From positions 10,974,001-11,038,000 of the forward strand of contig OZ024742.1 in NCBI GenBank assembly GCA_964016885.1: a DNA stretch of 64,000 nucleotides, written 5' to 3'. Under the pieces are notes generated by a model. That model was not told where the DNA came from, did no database searches, and was given only the letters and a program-made list of their open reading frames with translations. Within the stretch, counting starts at the first letter, position 1; each line of letters starts with the position of its first letter. The DNA is from Eledone cirrhosa (taxonomy: Eukaryota). A program made the position numbers and the translations under genes. Below are positions 59,101-64,000 of the stretch, one piece after another.

Positions 59101-62100
59101 TGTAGCTAATATTGTTTTTGCTAATGTTGTTGCTTATGTTGTTGTTGCTAATGTTGTTGTTGCCAATGTTGTTGTTGCTAATGTTGTTGTTGCCAATGTT
59201 GTTGCTTATGTTGTTGTTGCTTATGTTGTTGTTGTTAATGTTGTTGTAGCTAATATTGTTGTTGCTAATGTTGTTGTAGCTAATGTTGTTGTTGCTAATG
59301 TTATGGTTGCGTATGTTGTTGTTGCTAATGTTGTTGTAGCTAATGTTGTTGTTGCCAATGTTGTTTAGCTAATGTTGTTGTTGCTTATGTTGTTGTTGCT
59401 AATGTTGCTCTTGCCAATGTTGTTGCTAATGATATTGTTGTTAATGTTGTTGTAGCTAATATTGTTGTTGCTAATGTTGCTGTTGCTAATGATGTTGTTG
59501 CTAATGTTGTGGTTGCGTATGTTGTTGTTGCTAATGTTGTTGTAGCTAATGTTGTTGTTGCCAATGTTGTTTTAGCTAATGTTGTTGTTGCTTATGTTGT
59601 TGTTGCTAATGTTGCTGTTGCCAATTTTGTATTAGCTAATGTTATTGTTGCTAATGTTGTTGTAGCTAATGTTGCTGTTGCCAATGTTGTTTTAGCTAAT
59701 GTTGTTGTTGCTTATGTTGTTGTTGTAGATAATGATGTTGTTGCTAATGTTGTTGTAGCTAATGTTGTTGTTGCCAATGTTGTTTTAGCTAATGTTGTTC
59801 TTGCTAATGTTGTTGTAGCTAATGTTGTTGCTAATGTTCTTGTTGCCAATGTTGTTGCTAATGTTGTTGTAGCTAATGTTGTTGTAGCTAATGTTGTTGT
59901 TGCTAATGTTGTTGTTGCCAATGTTGTTGTTGCTAATGTTGTTGTTGCTAATGTTGTTGTTGCTAATGTTGTTGTTGTTAATGTTGTTGTAGCTAATATT
60001 GTTGTTGCTAATGTTGTTGTAGCTAATATTGTTGTTGCTAATGTTGTTGTTGCTTATGTTGTTGTTGCTAATGTTGTTGTAGCTAATATTGTTTTTGCTA
60101 ATGTTGTTGCTTATGTTGTTGTTGCTAATGTTGTTTTTGCCAATGTTGTTGTTGCTAATGTTGTTGTTGCCAATGTTGTTGCTTATGTTGTTGTTGTTAA
60201 TGTTGTTGTAGCTAATGTTGTTGTTGCTAATGTTATGGTTGCGTATGTTGTTGTTGCTAATGTTGTTTTAGCTAATGTTGTTGTTGCTTATGTTGTTTTT
60301 GCTAATGTTGCTGTTGCCAATGTTGTTGCTAATGATGTTGTTGTTAATGTTGTTGTAGCTAATATTGTTGTTGCTAATGTTGTTGTAGCTAATGTTGTTG
60401 TTGCTAATGTTGTTGTTGCTTATGTTGTTGTTGCTAACGTTGTTGTAGCTAATATTGTTGTTGATAATGTTGTTGTTGCCAATGTTGTTGTTGCTAATGT
60501 TGTTGTTGCCAATGTTGTTTAACTAATGTTGATGTTGCTAATGTTGTTGTTGCTAATGTTGTTGTTGCTAATGTTGTTGTTGCTAATGTTGTTGTTGCTA
60601 ATGTTGTTGTTGCTAATGGTGTTGTAGCTAATGTTGTTGAAGCTAATGTTGCTGTTGCCAATGTTGTATTAGCTAATGTTGTTGTAGCTAATGTTGTTGT
60701 TGCTAATGTTGTTGTAGCTAATGTTGTTGTTGCCAATGTTGTTTTAGCTAATGTTGTTGTTGCTAATTTTGTTGTAGCTAATGTTGTTGTTGCCAATGTT
60801 GTTGTAGCTAATGTTGTTGTTGCCAATGTTGTTTTAGCTAATGTTGTTGTTGCTAATGTTGTTGTTGCTTATGTTGTTGTTGCTAATGTTGTTGTTAATG
60901 ATGTTGTTGTTAATATTGTTGTAGTTAATGTTGTTGTAGCTAATGTTGTTGTAGCTAATGTTGCTGTTGCTAATGTTGTTGTTGTTAATGCTGTTGTAGT
61001 TAATGTTGTTGTAGTTAATGTTGTTGTAGCTAATGTTGTTGTTGGTAATGTTGTTGTAGTTAATGTTGTTGTTGTTAATGTTGTTGTAGCTAATGTTGTT
61101 GTAGCTAATGTTGTTGTTGCTAATGTTGTTGTTGCTAATGTTGTTGTTGTTAATGTTGTTGTAGCTAATGTTTTTGCTGCTAATGTTGCTGTAGCTAATG
61201 TTGTTGTAGCTAATGTTGTTGTAGCTAATGTTGTTGTTGTTAATGTTGTTGCTGCTAATGTTGTTGTAGTTAATGTTGTTGTAGCTAATGTTGTTGTTGC
61301 CAATGTTGTTGCTAATGTTGTTGTTGCTAATGTTGTTGTAGCTAATGTTGTTGCTAATATTGTTGCTAATGTTGCTGTAGCTAATATTGTTGTTGCTAAT
61401 GTTGTTGTAGCTAATGTTGTTGTTGCTTATGTTGTTGTTGCTAATGTTGTTGGAGCTAATGTTGTTGTAGCTAATGTTGCTGTAGCTAATGTTATTGCTG
61501 CTAATGTTGTTGTTGCTAATGTTGTTGTAGTTAATGTTGTTGTAGCTAATGTTGTTGTTGCCAATGTTGTTGCTAATGTTGTTGTTGCTAATGTTGTTGT
61601 AGCTAATGTTGTTGCTAATATTGTTGCTAATGTTGCTGTAGCTAATATTGTTGTTGCTAATGTTGTTGTTGCCAATGTTGTTGCTAATGTTGTTGTCGCT
61701 AATGTTGTTGTAGCTAATGTTGTTGTTGCCAATGTTGTTGCTAATGTTGTTGTCGCTAATGTTGTTTCTAATGTTGTTGTTGCTAATGTGGCTGTAGCTA
61801 ATGTTGTTGTTGCTAATGTTGTTGCAGCTAATGTTGTTCTTGCTAATGTTGTTGTAGCTAATGTTGTTGCTAATGTTGTTGTTGCCAATGTTGTTGCTAA
61901 TGTTGTTGTTGTTGTTAATGTTGTTGTAGCTAATATTGTTGTTGCTAATGTTGTTGTTGCTAATGATGTTGTTGCTGATGTTGTTGTTGCTTATGTTGTT
62001 GTTGCTAATGTTGTTGTTGCTAATGTTGTTGTTGCTAATGTTGCTGTTGCTAATGTTGTTGTTGCTAATGGTGTTGTAGCTAATGTTGTTGTAGCTAATG

Positions 62101-64000
62101 TTGTTGTTGCTAATGTTGTTGTTGTTGCTAATGTTGTTGTTGCTAATGTTGTTGCTAATGTTGTTGTTGCTAATTTTGTTGTTGTTAATGTTGTTGTAGC
62201 TAATATTGTTGTTGCTAATGTTGTTGTTGCTTATGTTGTTGTTGCTAATGTTGTTGTAGCTAATATTGTTTTTGCTAATGTTGTTGCTTATGTTGTTGTT
62301 GCTAATGTTGTTGTTGTTGCTAATGTTGTTGTTGCTAATGTTGTTGCTAATGTTGTTGTTGCTAATGTTGTTGTAGCTAATGTTGTTGTAGCTAATATTG
62401 TTGTTGCTTATGTTGTTGTAGCTAATATTGTTGTTGCTAATGTTGTTGTTGCTTATGTTGTTGTTGCTAATGTTGTTGTAGCTAATATTGTTTTTGCTAA
62501 TGTTGTTGCCAATGTTGTTGTTGCTAATGTTGTTGTTGCCAATGTTGTTGCTTATGTTGTTGTTGCTTATGTTGTTGTTGTTAATGTTGTTGTAGCTAAT
62601 ATTGTTGTTGCTAATGTTGTTGTAGCTAATGTTGTTGTTGCCAATGTTGTTTTAGCTAATGTTGTTGTTGCTTATGTTGTTGTTGCTAATGTTGCTGTTG
62701 CCAATTTTGTATTAGCTAATGTTATTGTTGCTAATGTTGTTGTAGCTAATGTTGCTGTTGCCAATGTTGTTTTAGCTAATGTTGTTGTTGCTTATGTTGT
62801 TGTTGTAGATAATGTTGTTGTTGCTAATGTTGTTGTAGCTAATGTTGTTGTTGCCAATGTTGTTTTAGCTAATGTTGTTCTTGCTAATGTTGTTGTAGCT
62901 AATGTTGTAGCTAATGTTGTTGTTGCTAATGTTGTTGTTGCTAATGTTGTTGTTGCCAATGTTGTTTTAATTAATGTTGTTGTTGCTAATGGTGTTGTTA
63001 ATGTTGTTGTTGTTAATATTGTTGTAGTTAATGTTGTTGTAGCTAATGTTGTTGTAGCTAATGTTGCTGTTGCTAATGTTGTTGTTGTTAATGTTGTTGA
63101 AAGTTAATGTTGTTGTAGTTAATGTTGTTGTAGCTAATGTTGTTGTTGGTAATGTTGTTGTAGTTATTGTTGTTGTTGTTAATGTTGTTGTAGCTAATGT
63201 TGTTGTAGCTAATGTTGTTGTTGCTAATGTTGTTGTTGCTAATGTTGTTGTTGTTAATGTTGTTGTAGCTAATGTTGTTGCTGCTAATGTTGCTGTAGCT
63301 AATTTTGTTGCTGCTAATATTGTTGTTGCTTATGTTGTTGTTGCTAATGTTTTTGTAGCTAATGTTGTTGTTGCTTATGTTGTTGTTGCTAATGTTGTTG
63401 TAGCTAATGTTGTTGTAGCTAATGTTGTTGTTGTTAATGTTGTTGTAGTTAATGTTGTTGTAGTTAATGTCGTCGTAGCTAATGTTGTTGTAGCTAATGT
63501 TGTTGTTGCTAATGTTGTTGTTGCTAATTTTGTTGTTGTTAATGTTGTTGTAGCTAATGTTGTTGCTGCTAATGTTGTTGTTGCTTATGTTGTTGTAGCT
63601 AATGTTGTTGTTGCTTATGTTGTTGTTGCTAATGGTGTTGGAGCTAATGTTGTTGTAGCTAATGTTGCTGTAACTAATGTTGTTGCTGCTAATGTTGTCG
63701 TTGCTAATGTTGTTGTCAATGTTGTTTTAGCTAATGTTGTTGTTGCTAATGTTGTTGTAGCTAATGTTGTTGATGCTAATGTTGTTGTAGCTAATGTTGT
63801 TGATGCTAATGTTGTTGTAGCTAATGTTGTTGTTGTTAATGTTGTTGTAGTTAATGTTGTTGTAGCTAATGTTGTTGTTGCTAATATTGTTGTTGCTAAT
63901 GTTGTTGTAGCTAATATTGTTGTTGCTAATGTTGTTGTTGTTAATGTTGTTGTAGTTAATGTTGTTGTAGCTAATGTTGTTGTTGCTAATATTGTTGTTG
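56153..64000. repeat. 15-bp satellite (GTT)3GCTAAT with 12/18-bp variants, runs off the window end
   Basis: Continuous GTTGTTGTTGCTAAT units with the variants GTA, GCC, TAT and TTA. Confidence 0.97.

Overview
This is AT-rich animal DNA made almost entirely of repeats. The SINE and LINE types and the dense TA/CA microsatellites suggest an octopus-like cephalopod (inference). No host protein-coding gene is supportable. Bases 0.4-17.9 kb are a nest of retroelements: several Penelope-like elements (PLEs), including one 5'-truncated copy with an uninterrupted RT + GIY-YIG frame (10114-~13040, minus), an RTE LINE, a CR1-type LINE and many tRNA-derived SINEs. Bases 18.0-49.2 kb are a 55-bp satellite with nested higher-order repeats. 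Bases 49.3-56.1 kb hold SINEs, a Tx1-like LINE end and a 24/28-bp minisatellite, and 56.15-64 kb is a 15-bp (GTT)3GCTAAT satellite. The main hidden signal is a set of type I hammerhead ribozymes that I folded by hand: nine motifs (some degenerate) in six sequence families. One family sits in a non-coding ~473-508 bp unit that occurs in tandem, inverted and circularly permuted form and is fused to a PLE through microhomology. This unit is a candidate retrozyme (ribozyme-processed circular RNA) mobilised by Penelope RT.
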